Shown: piece by piece, positions 37,579-48,763 of the stretch
Numbering within the stretch: position 1 is the first letter of the stretch
Layout of the letters: every line of letters begins with the position of its first letter
DNA from: an uncultured cyanobacterium
GTDB lineage: Bacteria; Cyanobacteriota; Cyanobacteriia; PCC-9006; JAAUQQ01
Direction: 5' to 3'
Assembly: GCA_963718615.1 (NCBI GenBank)
Contig: OY970368.1
Span: forward strand, 320,001 to 384,000
Length of the DNA stretch: 64,000 bases
The notes under the pieces: generated by a model
What the model saw: only the letters and a program-made list of their open reading frames with translations
What the model was told of the DNA's origin: nothing
Databases searched by the model: none
Program-made: the position numbers and the translations under genes

Positions 37579-38316
37579 GTGAACAACGTCCCTACGGTCT
37601 CTGATACCAAACGTGCGTTTTACAACGCCCACACCCGTCCGATCAACTCGATCTACCGTCGGGTCGTTGAGGAACTGCTGGTTGAAATGCATTTGCTGTC
37701 GGTGAATGACAATTTCACCTACGACCCCCTCTTTGCCCTCGGGGTGGTCACGTCCTTCGATCGCTTTATGGATGGCTACCGACCTGAGGCCGACCGCACT
37801 TCGATTTTTTCAGCCCTGTGCCAAGCCCTCCAGCAAAGTCCCGACACCTATCGCAGGGATGCAGAGACGATGCTTCAGGCGGTTAGCGATGTGGAGCTCG
37901 GGTCTCTGCTAGGTTGGCTCCAAGGGGAAAACAGTCTGGCTCCAGAGCCTTTGCAAGGGGTGTTGAATGCGATCGCCCATCGCCCGACGTTCAAGTATAG
38001 CCGCCTCTTTGGCGTAGGTTTGTTCACCATCCTGGAAAAGGTTGACGCGACCTTGCTGAAACAAAAAACGGAGGAGCGCATCAAGCTACTCCAGCCGGTG
38101 ACTGACCATTTGAATTTGCCCCTCGATAAACTGCAAAAGGATCTCGAAACCTACGCCAGCAATTTAGAGAAAATGGCCCAGGCCAAAATTGTCATGGAAG
38201 AGGCGGTCCAGGCAGAACGCAAGAAGCGCGAGCAGCGGGAGCAAGAGCGTAAAGCCAAGGCAGCAGCCACGGATGCCCCCCCGGCTTCGGACACCCCGGA
38301 TCAAGCGGTTTCCTAG
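37579..38316 (+). CDS. psb29: Photosystem II biogenesis protein Psb29/Thf1
   Basis: VNNVPTVSDTKRAFY..RPINSIYRRVVEELLVEMHLL, FKYSRLF; GTG start. Confidence 0.95.
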   Translation: MNNVPTVSDTKRAFYNAHTRPINSIYRRVVEELLVEMHLLSVNDNFTYDPLFALGVVTSFDRFMDGYRPEADRTSIFSALCQALQQSPDTYRRDAETMLQAVSDVELGSLLGWLQGENSLAPEPLQGVLNAIAHRPTFKYSRLFGVGLFTILEKVDATLLKQKTEERIKLLQPVTDHLNLPLDKLQKDLETYASNLEKMAQAKIVMEEAVQAERKKREQREQERKAKAAATDAPPASDTPDQAVS

Positions 38317-38353
38317 CCCTCCATCTCTGCCCATTGACAATATAAACGGACAA

Positions 38354-38393
38354 TATAAAAAGGGACTTAGCCAAGGCCAGGTCCCTTTTTATA
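38354..38393. terminator. Bidirectional terminator between psb29 and the convergent gene
   Basis: TATAAAAAGGGAC..GTCCCTTTTTATA inverted repeat. Confidence 0.75.
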
Positions 38394-38437
38394 GGGGAAT
38401 ATTGATTTTGAGAAGCTGTGTTGGTCGCCTCAGGGAA

Positions 38438-38836
38438 TTAGCTGAGGGCTAGCTTTTTGCGAGACCAGCCGAGGAGCGATCGCCATGTTCCTTCGGAATT
38501 TGCAGTCTCCGGCTTTGAGCAGGTCTCTGGCGCAGCTGGGCCTGATTCTCCCTGGGCCAACTCCTCCGGTGAGAGCAAAAGCTGATCTGACGGACGGATC
38601 AACATTTCTCCTCGATTTAAGGCTTGCCTCCATTCTTGACCTAGCCGCCAAGCTCGTAGCTTGGTTCCGTTCCAGCGAGGGTTTACCGAATAGCCTTCGA
38701 ACCCAGCCCTTAAGGCCGAATGACAGACCGGAGGCAACGATGTTCGGGCCCGAACATCAGCACTCAACTCAACAATCGAGAAACAGGGCTGCTGATTATT
38801 TTCAGCCATGGCACTCACCTCCGAGAGATTCATCAA
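38438..38836 (-). CDS. Hypothetical protein
   Basis: ALRAGFEG..NPRW..AWRLGQEWRQAL looks like a conserved cyanobacterial motif; it ends at the bidirectional terminator. Confidence 0.6.
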   Translation of the reverse strand: MMNLSEVSAMAENNQQPCFSIVELSADVRARTSLPPVCHSALRAGFEGYSVNPRWNGTKLRAWRLGQEWRQALNRGEMLIRPSDQLLLSPEELAQGESGPAAPETCSKPETANSEGTWRSLLGWSRKKLALS

Positions 38837-39420
38837 TGGATACTCACAGCTACTAGCGTCTGGTACAGATTGACCTAGCGGCTGCTTCTTGACATATAGG
38901 GAAACCCAATATTGAGCTCAGTTGTAGATCGAATATCAGCGAACCACAGGACCCGAAAGCCTAATGACCTTAAGGCTTTAAGCACAAGGGTCTTAGTCCA
39001 AGAGTCTTAGTCCGAGGATCTCAGCACGAGGGTTCTATCCAAGGCTTTGATTCAATATCCGAGCCTAAATTAGGCTCAGAATGGAAAACCAGTCTTCTTT
39101 CCTTAGGAATTTCGACTTACCTTGTGTAAAGACCCACTATATTTAGGTTTTCACCCCAATCACCGCAGATCCGACAAGATTAAGACAAATATTTAAAGAA
39201 AGACACCCTTTTCCCTAGGGATTACTCTCTTGCGATTATCTTTTCCCTAGCGTTAAATCACGACAACTCCGTAATTTGGGTTAGGGACGTGATTTTGAGT
39301 ATGAAAAGACTGTCCTCGCGATGCGAAGCCGCTGATGCTTTGCGTCTGCTTTGATTATAGATTCCAATCTGTGGAATGTAACCCTTTGTAAGTAAAGATG
39401 TAGCTTTCGGTGAAATTGCG

Positions 39421-40011
39421 CTACCCAATCGGGCTGATGTGTGGAAGCGGGTGAATTTGGGTGATGAGGTGGTCAAGCTCCGGCAGAATGAGCTGGGTCA
39501 TTCCCAGGCGGACGGCATTGCTGGAGCCGGGTAGCGCAAAAATCAGGGTGGGATGGGGCGGGGCGGGCAAGATGCCAGCGATCGCCCGAGAGGCCAGCGC
39601 CCGCGAGCCAATCTCTTGATAACTTAGCCAGCGAAACAATTCCCCGAACCCTGGGATTTCGGTCTGAATGGCCTGGGTAATGACGTCATAGGTGGTATCC
39701 CGAGGAGCCAACCCTGTTCCCCCACTGGTGATGATGGCTTGGGGGGCTTGAACGTTTTTTACGTCTTGGATCCAGGCGGCGATTTGGGCCGGTTCATCTG
39801 GAACAATCCCATAGGCAACGACGATGTGCCCTGCATTGGTGAGCAAGGTTTGGGCCAGTTGACCACTGCGATCGCTCACCACCGTGCGGGTATCACTAAT
39901 CGTTAAGACAGCACAGGCGATCGCTCCCCTTGTGCCATCTGGATGGGGGTGCTCTGAAGAGGACTTTTCCGGATTAGGCTTTCGAGAACCCAAGGCCATT
40001 GGCCTCCGCAT
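39421..40011 (-). CDS. moaB: MogA/MoaB molybdenum cofactor biosynthesis protein (start uncertain)
   Basis: [36 protein letters not shown]. Confidence 0.92.
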   Translation of the reverse strand: MRRPMALGSRKPNPEKSSSEHPHPDGTRGAIACAVLTISDTRTVVSDRSGQLAQTLLTNAGHIVVAYGIVPDEPAQIAAWIQDVKNVQAPQAIITSGGTGLAPRDTTYDVITQAIQTEIPGFGELFRWLSYQEIGSRALASRAIAGILPAPPHPTLIFALPGSSNAVRLGMTQLILPELDHLITQIHPLPHISPIG

Positions 40012-40315
40012 AGCGATTCATAAACCGCATAAACCGCTCCCACTCTTCTTCGCTGCGCATTTGATAGGTGGCTTCAATGCCTGCGGGTTGTCCGTTAATG
40101 AACTTGGCATAGACATCGCGGGAAACCAATTCGCCTTCTTCGTCAATCAGATAGAGCCCGGTAATGTCCTGCTTTTCTTCCCCAACCAGGGCTTTAGGTC
40201 CTTCAAAATAAAAAATAGCTTGCCCGGTACTGCCGTCTTTGGAGCGGGTCAAACGCACGTCAGGAACGACTTCTTCATCAATGCCTTGAAAAAACTGGAT
40301 TCGCGCCATGGCCAT
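39974..40315 (-). CDS. psb28: Photosystem II protein Psb28
   Basis: [35 protein letters not shown]. Confidence 0.96.
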   Translation of the reverse strand: MAMARIQFFQGIDEEVVPDVRLTRSKDGSTGQAIFYFEGPKALVGEEKQDITGLYLIDEEGELVSRDVYAKFINGQPAGIEATYQMRSEEEWERFMRFMNRYAEANGLGFSKA

Positions 40316-40551
40316 GATTGTGTCTCTCCCCTCGGTGACAGAACTCCTAGGTCGTTGCTAAGGGGTTGATAACCCGAGGAACAACGCCGATTAAGGAAAT
40401 GTTAACTTTTCTTCATCATACCGAACCACGCTTCAAAACCCGAATCAAGGTCTAAGAAATTTCGGGATTTCCGACCCAGGCCGGTTATCCATCACCTAAA
40501 GAGGCGCTTTATCATGGCAGACAGGATCTCTCTTGAGGTCCGACCTATCCC

Positions 40552-42024
40552 TTGGCCCTTGACGTTGAGCAACTGACTTTGAAGACCTCTGTGCCTGTGT
40601 CCAATTTGCCTGTGTCCAATTTGCCTGTGTCCAATGTTCTAGAATCTGTCCTAGCTGATGTCCCTGATGGTGACGTTACCGAGGGTGATGTTGCCGCTAG
40701 TGATGTTGCTGGTTATGCGGTGGAAGCGATCGCCCTAGACAATGGCTTGACGCTGATTTATCAATATTTGCCGACCCCCATCGTCGTGGTAGATGCTTGG
40801 CTGGGGGCTGGTGCGGCGGTAGAGCCGCCGGAATGGGCCGGTGCGGCTCATTTTTTGGAACACATGGTGTTTCGCGGGACAGAGCGGATTCAGCCCGGTG
40901 CCTTCGATCGCATCATCGAAAATAGTGGCGGCCTCACCAATGCGGCCACCGGACATGACTATGTCCACTACTACATCACGGCAACGGCTCAACAACTGCC
41001 CGCCATGCTCCCCGCCTTTGCGGATTTGCTGTTGAATGCAGCAATTCCAGAGGACGAGTTTGAGCGGGAACGGCAGGTAGTCCTGGAAGAAATTCGCCAA
41101 GCTCAGGATGAACCCGATTGGGTTGGTCTCCAGGTGCTAGCGGCTCAGATCTATGGCGATCATCCCTATGGCCGTCCGATTTTGGGAACAGAGGCCCATC
41201 TCTTGGCCCAATCGCCCCTGACGCTGCGGCAGTTTCACCAAACCCATTATCGGCCTGAGCAGATGACGCTGGTGGTGGTGGGGGGGCTAGAGCGCGATCG
41301 CGCCTTAGCTTTGGTGCAAGAGCATTTTCAGCCTCAACCCCGTTCCAAGGCAAAATCCAAGGCAAAATCCAAGGGAACGTCCAAGAGAAGGTCCAAGGGA
41401 GACAGTTCACGGCTCGATTCCCCAGCCACGCCCTATCCTCCAGTGGAGTGGCCCACGCCATCGCGACCCCAGCGACAGGTGCTGACATTGCCCAACCTGG
41501 AACAGACGCGGTTGCTGCTGGCTTGGGTCGGACCGGGGTTGGACGAGCCGCGTGTCGGCACGGGCCTCGACCTTTTGGCGGCTATTTTGACCGAGGGGCG
41601 GCTATCGCGACTGGTGTGGAGTTTGCGGGAGGAGCGGGGTTGGGTGATGGATATTGATGGGGATTATTCGAGCGATCGCCACTCCGGTCTCTTGGGTCTG
41701 ACCGCTTGGCTAGAGCCCCAGTATCTAGACAGCGTGGAAGCCTTTATTCACGAACAAATTCAGCGCTTGCACCAAGAGCTGATTAGCGAAGTGGAGTTGC
41801 AGCGGGCCAAACGGTTACTGTGCAATGACTTTGCCTTTTCCCTGGAGACCCCCGGCCAACGGGCGGATCTCTATGGCTACTACGCCACCCTCGGCAATCT
41901 AGAACTCGCCTTTGCCTATCCAGACTGGGTTAAACAATGGACCCCAGAAACACTCCAGGCGTTGGCCATTCAGTATCTTTCCCGAGAAACCTGTGCCACA
42001 ACCATTCTGCAACCGGAGGACTAG
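40552..42024 (+). CDS. M16 (pitrilysin) peptidase, catalytic subunit (start uncertain)
   Basis: HFLEH inverted zincin motif; NAAT; EEI. Confidence 0.92.
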   Translation: MALDVEQLTLKTSVPVSNLPVSNLPVSNVLESVLADVPDGDVTEGDVAASDVAGYAVEAIALDNGLTLIYQYLPTPIVVVDAWLGAGAAVEPPEWAGAAHFLEHMVFRGTERIQPGAFDRIIENSGGLTNAATGHDYVHYYITATAQQLPAMLPAFADLLLNAAIPEDEFERERQVVLEEIRQAQDEPDWVGLQVLAAQIYGDHPYGRPILGTEAHLLAQSPLTLRQFHQTHYRPEQMTLVVVGGLERDRALALVQEHFQPQPRSKAKSKAKSKGTSKRRSKGDSSRLDSPATPYPPVEWPTPSRPQRQVLTLPNLEQTRLLLAWVGPGLDEPRVGTGLDLLAAILTEGRLSRLVWSLREERGWVMDIDGDYSSDRHSGLLGLTAWLEPQYLDSVEAFIHEQIQRLHQELISEVELQRAKRLLCNDFAFSLETPGQRADLYGYYATLGNLELAFAYPDWVKQWTPETLQALAIQYLSRETCATTILQPED

Positions 42025-42064
42025 GGGCACATTCCGAGCAACAGGAGGTTAAGGTGAAGAAGTA

Positions 42065-43366
42065 ATGCATGCAGCTGAAAGGAAAGGCACTTCGATGACC
42101 CAATTCGCCGAACCGAGCCGTGGGCTACCTCAGCGGATTTGTTTAGATAATGGCATTGTGGTGCTAGTCACGCCCAACCCGACGGCGGATATCATTGCAG
42201 CTCGGCTCTTTATGCGATCGGGCAGTGCTTGGGAAACCCCGCACAATGCTGGTTTGCTCAATCTCTTAGCTGCGCTGCTAACCAAGGGCACCGAGGATTA
42301 CTCTTCCCTCGAAATTGCAGAACAGGTCGAATCCGTCGGGGCGGGGTTGGGAACGGACGCGGCAACGGATTATCTGTTACTGAGCCTCAAAACCGTATCC
42401 CAGGATTTTCCGGAGCTGTTGCGGCTGGCGGGGGAGATTTTGCGATCGCCCGCCTTTCCCCCCCAAGAGATTGAACTCGAACGCCACCTCACCCTCCAAG
42501 GCATCCGCTCCCAGCAGGAGCAACCCATCTCCCTTGCCTTTGATGCCCTGCGCCAAGCCCTCTACGGTGACCATCCCTACGCCTTGTCGTCCCTAGGGAC
42601 CGAAACCTCCGTGGCACAGATCACCCAAGCGGATTTGCAGGCTTACCATGCCCAGCATTTTCGGCCCGATAACTTGGTGATTAGCATCGCGGGGCGCATT
42701 GACCCAGCCGTTGCCCTTGAGCTCGTTGAAACGATCTTCGGCGACTGGCGACGGCCCGCCAACCCACTTCCAGTCATCAGTTTGCCCCCCGTGGCTTCCC
42801 AGCCCCATCCCGTTCAGCAAACGATTCCTAGCCATCAAGTCATGGTGATGGTCGGACATCTGGCCCCAGCAGTCCACGACCCTCACCATGCTGCGATGAA
42901 GCTGATCAATACCTATCTAGGCAATGGGATGTCCAGCCGGTTATTTGTGGAATTGCGAGAGAAACAGGGGTTGGCCTACGAAGTCTCGACGTTTTACCCG
43001 ACCCGGCTCCATACCGCCCCCTTTGGGGCCTATTTGGGGACCGCCCCCAGTAATACCGTCCAGGCCCTAGAGGGATTGCAAGGGGAGATGGCTCGACTGA
43101 CGACGGTTGCCCTCACCGACGAGGAGCTGCAATCCACCCAAAACAAACTGCTGGGGCAATATGTCCTGGGCAAGCAGACCAACTCTCAAATTGCCCAGAT
43201 CTATGGCTGGTACGAGACGCTCAATTTAGGCATTGACTTTGACCAGCGATTTCAAGCGGAAATCCAGACCCTCACCGCCGAGGATCTTCAAGCTGCGGCC
43301 CAGGCCCATTTCCATGAGCCCTACGTTTCTCTCGTAGGCCCCGCCGAGGTCTTGGACGGACTCTAG
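42065..43366 (+). CDS. M16 peptidase, non-catalytic partner subunit
   Basis: M16 fold lacking HxxEH; SSRLFVELREKQGLAY. Confidence 0.92.
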   Translation: MHAAERKGTSMTQFAEPSRGLPQRICLDNGIVVLVTPNPTADIIAARLFMRSGSAWETPHNAGLLNLLAALLTKGTEDYSSLEIAEQVESVGAGLGTDAATDYLLLSLKTVSQDFPELLRLAGEILRSPAFPPQEIELERHLTLQGIRSQQEQPISLAFDALRQALYGDHPYALSSLGTETSVAQITQADLQAYHAQHFRPDNLVISIAGRIDPAVALELVETIFGDWRRPANPLPVISLPPVASQPHPVQQTIPSHQVMVMVGHLAPAVHDPHHAAMKLINTYLGNGMSSRLFVELREKQGLAYEVSTFYPTRLHTAPFGAYLGTAPSNTVQALEGLQGEMARLTTVALTDEELQSTQNKLLGQYVLGKQTNSQIAQIYGWYETLNLGIDFDQRFQAEIQTLTAEDLQAAAQAHFHEPYVSLVGPAEVLDGL

Positions 43367-43406
43367 CAGGCGTCGTTAGACCTTCAGGCAACCTTTTAAC
43401 CTTTTT

Positions 43407-43628
43407 CTAAACTTTTTGGAGGAAGGCGCTGTCGAGCAGGAACGAACCCCGCTCAAACCGCACAACCCAGGTTTGGCCGAGGCGCTGTTCGGTGAGCATG
43501 CCTTCTTCTCCGACGGTAATCAGGTCTGGGGGACGTAACATGGGCATCGGGTCTGCGGTTTTGAAGTAGGGGGGGGATTGACAGAGGCGCACGCGATCGC
43601 CCACCGCCAAAGAGGATTCAAGAGTCAT
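43407..43628 (-). CDS. sipA: NblS-interacting protein SipA (DUF3148)
   Basis: PPYFKTADPMPMLRPPDL..WVVRFERGSFL. Confidence 0.9.
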   Translation of the reverse strand: MTLESSLAVGDRVRLCQSPPYFKTADPMPMLRPPDLITVGEEGMLTEQRLGQTWVVRFERGSFLLDSAFLQKV

Positions 43629-43700
43629 GGTCTTGCTTCTGGTAAAACGCCTGATAAAACACCTGATAAAACGCCTGGAATAACAACTGACACCATTGGT

Positions 43701-44777
43701 TTACGGAACCTGCCAGGCTCGCTCGTGGTACTGCTCGGGCTGGGCATAGGGATCCGGGGCCTCGTGGTCGTAGCCATGGTCGTGACTGTGGTGGCCGTGA
43801 CTGTGGTGGTCGTGACTGTGGTGGTCGTGGTCGTGAGCATGGCCGTGGTGGCCGTTATGCGGGTGCCCAGCCCCGACTTCGCCCACCGCAGCTAGCCGGA
43901 ACTTGCACATTTCGCAGTTCATCTGCACTTGGCCGAGCTGGGTTTCGATTTCCCGTTCCCGCGCGATTGCGAAAAGCTGCGGATGGAGTCCCATTTCCGG
44001 CAGACAGACCATTTCAATCTCGGGATACTGCGCCTGGGCCTGCAGCGTCAGGTCGAAGATCTTTTTCATCAGGACCCCCGTGAAGAGGAAATAGGGCAAG
44101 ACGATAATGCGTTTGGGCCGATACAGGCTGGCTCGCCGAAAGCCTTCTTCCAAGCGGGGGTGGGTAATGCCAATAAAGCAAATTTCGACGGTGCTGTAGC
44201 CGCTCCCCTCCCAAAGCATCCGTGCCAGCTTAAAGACATCGCCATTGGCATCAGGGTCGCTGGCTCCTCGTCCGACAAAGAGCAGAACGGTCTCGGCGCG
44301 GTCAATTTGGTGGGGATTCCAAGTCGGGGTATCGAGCAGGGTGAGGCGATCGCGCCACAGCTCCAACATCCCCGGCGAAATCCCAAAATGACGCCCATAG
44401 TGGAACCGAATCTGGGGATGACGCGATCGCGCCCGATCCAACTCATTTGTGACGTCAAACTTGTTGTGCCGTGCGGCAAACAACAGGACAGGCAACGCGG
44501 ATAGATCGGTATAGCCCATCTCCACACAGCGATCGACCCCATCCTGGATCGTCGGTTCCGTCAGCTCCAGAAAACAGGGAATCACCGGGCGAGAGGGATC
44601 CAATGCGGCGTAGGCAGCGGCAAAATCTAAAACCCCCTGACGGCCTTCCGCATCGCGGCTACCATGGCCAATCATCAGCAAAGGTCGTTGTTCGGGCAAG
44701 GGGGGAAGAAAGAGGGGCGATCGCGCCTGCTCCGCCTGCTGCAACCCTTGCATTACCGCAAGATCCAATAAAGACAT
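43701..44777 (-). CDS. cbiX: Sirohydrochlorin cobaltochelatase CbiX with Fe-S motif and His-rich tail
   Basis: [36 protein letters not shown] repeats. Confidence 0.95.
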   Translation of the reverse strand: MSLLDLAVMQGLQQAEQARSPLFLPPLPEQRPLLMIGHGSRDAEGRQGVLDFAAAYAALDPSRPVIPCFLELTEPTIQDGVDRCVEMGYTDLSALPVLLFAARHNKFDVTNELDRARSRHPQIRFHYGRHFGISPGMLELWRDRLTLLDTPTWNPHQIDRAETVLLFVGRGASDPDANGDVFKLARMLWEGSGYSTVEICFIGITHPRLEEGFRRASLYRPKRIIVLPYFLFTGVLMKKIFDLTLQAQAQYPEIEMVCLPEMGLHPQLFAIAREREIETQLGQVQMNCEMCKFRLAAVGEVGAGHPHNGHHGHAHDHDHHSHDHHSHGHHSHDHGYDHEAPDPYAQPEQYHERAWQVP

Positions 44778-44825
44778 ACAAAGAGGCTCCTTTCCTGTGC
44801 TTGGCAGGAATGAAACAGACAAACA

Positions 44826-44945
44826 ATGGGCAGGCATTCTGACTTACGGTTAGGTCTCTTTCCACACCTGTTCCGTTCACAGCTGCCGCACAGCCTCGGA
44901 CTCTCACCGATGTTTCCCTGGCCCATTGCGGTCATGAGTACCCTG
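44826..44945 (-). promoter_or_regulatory. Cobalamin riboswitch
   Basis: Minus strand AGGGAA..CGGTGAGAGTCCG..CTGTGCGGCAGCTGTGA..AGTCAGAATGCCTGCC (B12 box), directly upstream of cbiX. Confidence 0.88.
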
Positions 44946-45139
44946 TCATCTTAGCCCGCAAGGCGGCTGAGGCATCACGCCCATTCCCCTTGTTTCCCAG
45001 CCCAAAAGCACCCTAGCAAAAAGCAGGGTATTGGACCCTGCTTCTGAAATGCATAGACTAATGGATTGAGTTTGAATTAAACCGTGAAGCCCATCGACGC
45101 AGGTTCTGAGCGGAACAAACGCCATTGTTCTGGGGGAGC

Positions 45140-45601
45140 CTAGCTCTGCTTACCTAGGACTTCCTTCTTCAAGGCATCAAAGTCCCGAGACAGTTCGTCC
45201 CGACTCGAAGCTTTGAGCAGATAGCGATACAGAAACCAAGCGCTATAGCCAAGACCAATAGTTTCAAAAGTAGGGGCAAGGAGGGGAATCTCGTTGATCG
45301 CAGACAAAACAGCCAAGGCAACCTTCACGGTCACGATCGCGCCAATCACCAAACCCACCTTCAAAATGGCCGGTTGATTGCTCTTGAAAAAGTCAGTCAC
45401 CCAAGCAACATAGGCAGAGGCTTGAGCAAGCAGCGCTTGGAGCTCGCCGCTGCCCTGGGGGAGCCTAGGTGTCGTGGCCAAGGGACCAGACTCCATCTTG
45501 ACTTCGACAACGGGGGCTTTAGTTTCTGTTGTGGCTTCCATGGTTTGTACGTCCGGGGTTTGCCCATCCGGAGATTGAGGATCTTGTGCTTCTGGATTCA
45601 T
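45140..45601 (-). CDS. curT: CAAD/CURT1 thylakoid curvature protein
   Basis: AINEIPLLAPTFETIGLGYSAWFLYRYLLKASSRDEL. Confidence 0.85.
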   Translation of the reverse strand: MNPEAQDPQSPDGQTPDVQTMEATTETKAPVVEVKMESGPLATTPRLPQGSGELQALLAQASAYVAWVTDFFKSNQPAILKVGLVIGAIVTVKVALAVLSAINEIPLLAPTFETIGLGYSAWFLYRYLLKASSRDELSRDFDALKKEVLGKQS

Positions 45602-45844
45602 AACGATCTTCCCATCTGTAGAGTTGAACCTTTCGACCCCGCGAATCTATTTAAGACTAGCGCAGACAGGGAGTCCGCTCAGCGAGCTCAAGTAAACCGT
45701 ATAAGAATTACAAACCTGAGCGACTCTTGCAAGCCTAGTTCATATGAACCACAATACCATAGACGGTCGGGATCAGGACTGCAAGCCAGAAAGACCTGCT
45801 GAGGCTGCATTTTGTCTCTCTAGCTTGCCTTGAAAATAGAGCGA

Positions 45845-46573
45845 TCAGTCTCGGCTTTGGAGGGCGATCAGGAGCCGCAGCAGAAAGACAAACAAATTGA
45901 TATAGGTCAGATACATTGACAATGCAGCGGACAAATATTGTTCGTCTTTATAGGTACGTGGCAGAGCATAGAAATCCACCACAGCGGCTCCAGCAAACAG
46001 GACAACGCCAATGCCTGAAATACTGATTTCTAGCCATCCAGGGGTATACACCCCAAACACACTCAACAGCAGTTGAGCGGCCAGCACTACCACTAAACCA
46101 ATCACACCCAGCTGAATGGTTCGTTGCAGGGCAAATCCGTCGCTTTCGCTGAGGTTGCTGCCAATGGGGCGGGCGAGGATGAAGGTGATGCCACAGCCTA
46201 GGGCTGCGATGCCGATCCCTTCAATGCCCACTTTGGGGGTGGCGAGGGCGATCGCAATCAATCCCGTCAGCGTATAACCCGAGAGCAGGCTATAAAGACT
46301 CAGCAACGGCAGCGCCGTCGTTTGCTTCTCCTGCTCTGCTGCCCCACGGGCCACAAAAAACAACAGGAGCTCTAGGATAATTGCCCCAATAAAACTGGGC
46401 ATAAAGAACTGGGGATAGCGTTCGAGTACCCCCAACCCCCCATAGGTCCCAAGGGCGGTGAGCAGCAGCCCACCCCCCAGAAAAGGCAGCGCTTTGCCAA
46501 TGACATTGGGACCCACCAAGGATTGGCCACGGGCTGCCTCGATGGCCTTCCGAAAATTACTGGTATTCGCCAT
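45845..46573 (-). CDS. Bax inhibitor-1/YccA family membrane protein
   Basis: Seven TM helices; SAALSMYLTYINLF. Confidence 0.9.
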   Translation of the reverse strand: MANTSNFRKAIEAARGQSLVGPNVIGKALPFLGGGLLLTALGTYGGLGVLERYPQFFMPSFIGAIILELLLFFVARGAAEQEKQTTALPLLSLYSLLSGYTLTGLIAIALATPKVGIEGIGIAALGCGITFILARPIGSNLSESDGFALQRTIQLGVIGLVVVLAAQLLLSVFGVYTPGWLEISISGIGVVLFAGAAVVDFYALPRTYKDEQYLSAALSMYLTYINLFVFLLRLLIALQSRD

Positions 46574-46845
46574 AGGGTCTAGAAATGATGATGGTCATTG
46601 GTTTCAGTTTAGCGCTGGATGCTTGTGGAGGAGGATTCGATCCTCACGGCTCAACAAAGCCTGCAATCCTGGGAAACCTATAAGTAGAGCCATCGAGTAG
46701 AGCCCCGTCGGGACCACCATCAGAACCGCAAGGGGGGGCCAATCCTAGAGAGATAGGGGGGCTACCAACCCCGACAGACCATCCAGATCAGGTTACGCTT
46801 CCAGAGAAGTGAACCAATTTCCGAAACCAGGGAAAGGGTTTGCGT

Positions 46846-46882
46846 AGTTCTAAAGGGACACCAGTTCTGAAGGGACACCAGT
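46846..46882 (+). repeat. 17-bp tandem direct repeat upstream of sigF
   Basis: GTTCT(A/G)AAGGGACACCA x2. Confidence 0.8.
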
Positions 46883-47144
46883 CAATCCCATTCTCCACCC
46901 TATCTGTCTAGTCCTTCTGAGATTAAAACCCTCCATCCGGACTTCTACTCCTGTTGACGCGATGGATATAAAACCTCATTCTCCACTGAGCATTTTTCTC
47001 TGAATAGATACGAAAATCACAGCCCCAAAGACCCATAAAGTGCCTTCCGTGATTCTTCTGAAGCGATCGCCAGCGTGATTTTAGACTCCCGTAGATCAAC
47101 GATGGTTATCCCCGGTTCAGATCTCGACAATAGGGCTAGCTCTG

Positions 47145-47948
47145 ATGCAAGGTGTCCTGTCAATGCTAGCCACTCAATCTTCCTATCGTTCCCGAGGACT
47201 GGAACTGCTGGTGCAGTACCACAACGATCGCTCGATTAAGACAAGGAACCATCTCGTAAGAATGAATGCAGGTCTGGTGCGTAAAATTGCTCATCGGATT
47301 AGCCACCAATGCTCTGAACCCTACGAAGACCTAGAGCAAATTGGCTACCTGGGCCTGATCCGAGCAATTGAGCGGTTCAACCCTCACCAAGGCTGTGCGT
47401 TCAGCTCCTTTGCCGTTCCCTACATTCGCGGTGAAATTCTGCACTTCCTGCGCGATCGCGCCACCTCTGTTCGGATTCCCCGCCGTTGGCAAGATCTGCA
47501 AAAAGCCAGCCAGCGCGCTCGCGAAAAGCTGACCCGTGAAATGGGCCGTCAGCCCCAGGATCAAGAGGTCGCTGATGAACTGGGGATTTCGCTCTGTGAA
47601 TGGCAGGACATTAAGCTGGCTGGGAAAAACCGGATGCCCCTGAGCTTAGATGCAACCGTCTGCTATCAAAATGATTCTTCACTGACCCTCGGCGATACCC
47701 TGCCGGATCCCCAGTATATTCATCTGCAAGCGCGGGAAGAGGAGCGTCAGCAACTGCAACGGGCTATGGGAGAACTTGAAGACAAGACTCGTGCAGCGAT
47801 CGAGTTTGTCTTTTTCAACGACATGTCTCGCAAAGAAGTAGCAGAGCGCATTGGCGTTAGCCCTATGACCGTGACGCGTCGGATTCAGCGCGGGATTCAA
47901 CAGATGATTTCAACCTTGCAACCCCAAATGCCCCAAGCTGAGCCTTAG
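47145..47948 (+). CDS. sigF: RNA polymerase sigma factor SigF
   Basis: EPYEDLEQIGYLGLIRAIERF..FSSFAVPYIRGEILHFLRD..GVSPMTVTR. Confidence 0.95.
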   Translation: MQGVLSMLATQSSYRSRGLELLVQYHNDRSIKTRNHLVRMNAGLVRKIAHRISHQCSEPYEDLEQIGYLGLIRAIERFNPHQGCAFSSFAVPYIRGEILHFLRDRATSVRIPRRWQDLQKASQRAREKLTREMGRQPQDQEVADELGISLCEWQDIKLAGKNRMPLSLDATVCYQNDSSLTLGDTLPDPQYIHLQAREEERQQLQRAMGELEDKTRAAIEFVFFNDMSRKEVAERIGVSPMTVTRRIQRGIQQMISTLQPQMPQAEP

Positions 47949-48040
47949 GGGAACCGAGCCTTCAGGGATATTGCTAGGTAGAGGCTCCAACCCTGAGTCC
48001 TCCCTCTAATTTCTCCCTCTAATTTCTCTCTCTAATTCCC

Positions 48041-48067
48041 TAAGGGGTCGGCATTCCCGACCCCTTA
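48041..48067. terminator. Hairpin between convergent sigF and pmgA
   Basis: TAAGGGGTCGG-CATTC-CCGACCCCTTA. Confidence 0.7.
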
Positions 48068-48104
48068 TCCATGACGGTCAATCTATACTATGACGACCCA
48101 TCCT

Positions 48105-48623
48105 TTAGGAAGCGCAGGATAAACAAACCGGCTTGCGCGCACGCTGATAGCGCTTATAGAGGGTGAGGGTCGTGCCTTTTGCATTCCAGGAAATCTCATC
48201 AAAAACCTGATGCAAAATAAACAGACCTCGTCCACAGGATTGGTCTTCGCAGGGAAACCAATCCTCGCTGACCTTGAAATCTAGAGAAGGCGGGGTAAAT
48301 CCAGCCCCTTGGTCTTCAATGATCCAATAACAGCCTTGGCTATAGCGAGCATAACGAACAGAAATCGATTTGGCTGGATCCAAAGCATTTCCATGCTTGG
48401 CCGCATTGACTAGGGCTTCCTGCAACCCGAGGCGTACCTCAAGCTGGTGGGGGTCAGGGGTTAGGGTCAATAACAAATCCAGGATGGGCTGGAGGTGGAG
48501 TGTGGAGGGAAAACTCAACGTTTTCCAAGTGGGCCGATGACGGGACCGAAGGACGTCATCCGTAGACCCTTGCTCGAATTGAACCCAGTTGTTACCAGCC
48601 ATGGCAATCCTTGCTTGAGGCAA
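48105..48623 (-). CDS. pmgA: PmgA-like anti-sigma factor / HATPase_c kinase
   Basis: SFPSTLHLQPILDLLL..RLGLQEALVNAAKHGN..DQGAGF..GRGLFIL. Confidence 0.88.
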   Translation of the reverse strand: MPQARIAMAGNNWVQFEQGSTDDVLRSRHRPTWKTLSFPSTLHLQPILDLLLTLTPDPHQLEVRLGLQEALVNAAKHGNALDPAKSISVRYARYSQGCYWIIEDQGAGFTPPSLDFKVSEDWFPCEDQSCGRGLFILHQVFDEISWNAKGTTLTLYKRYQRARKPVCLSCAS

Positions 48624-48763
48624 TTCCTAACTTCTAATTTTATCAATTTTTTAGATTTCAGGCTACTGGCGTAAGACAGACAGAAAATATTTGGGTTTGC
48701 GATTGTGCCTGTCTAAAGCTTCAAAACCCTATTTTCAGAAGCTTGCGGTGCGATCGCCAAGAA

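Noticed and set aside
46936-46941. Perfect DIF1 TCCGGA upstream of sigF
   Set aside because: No -10-like hexamer 18 bp away on either strand.
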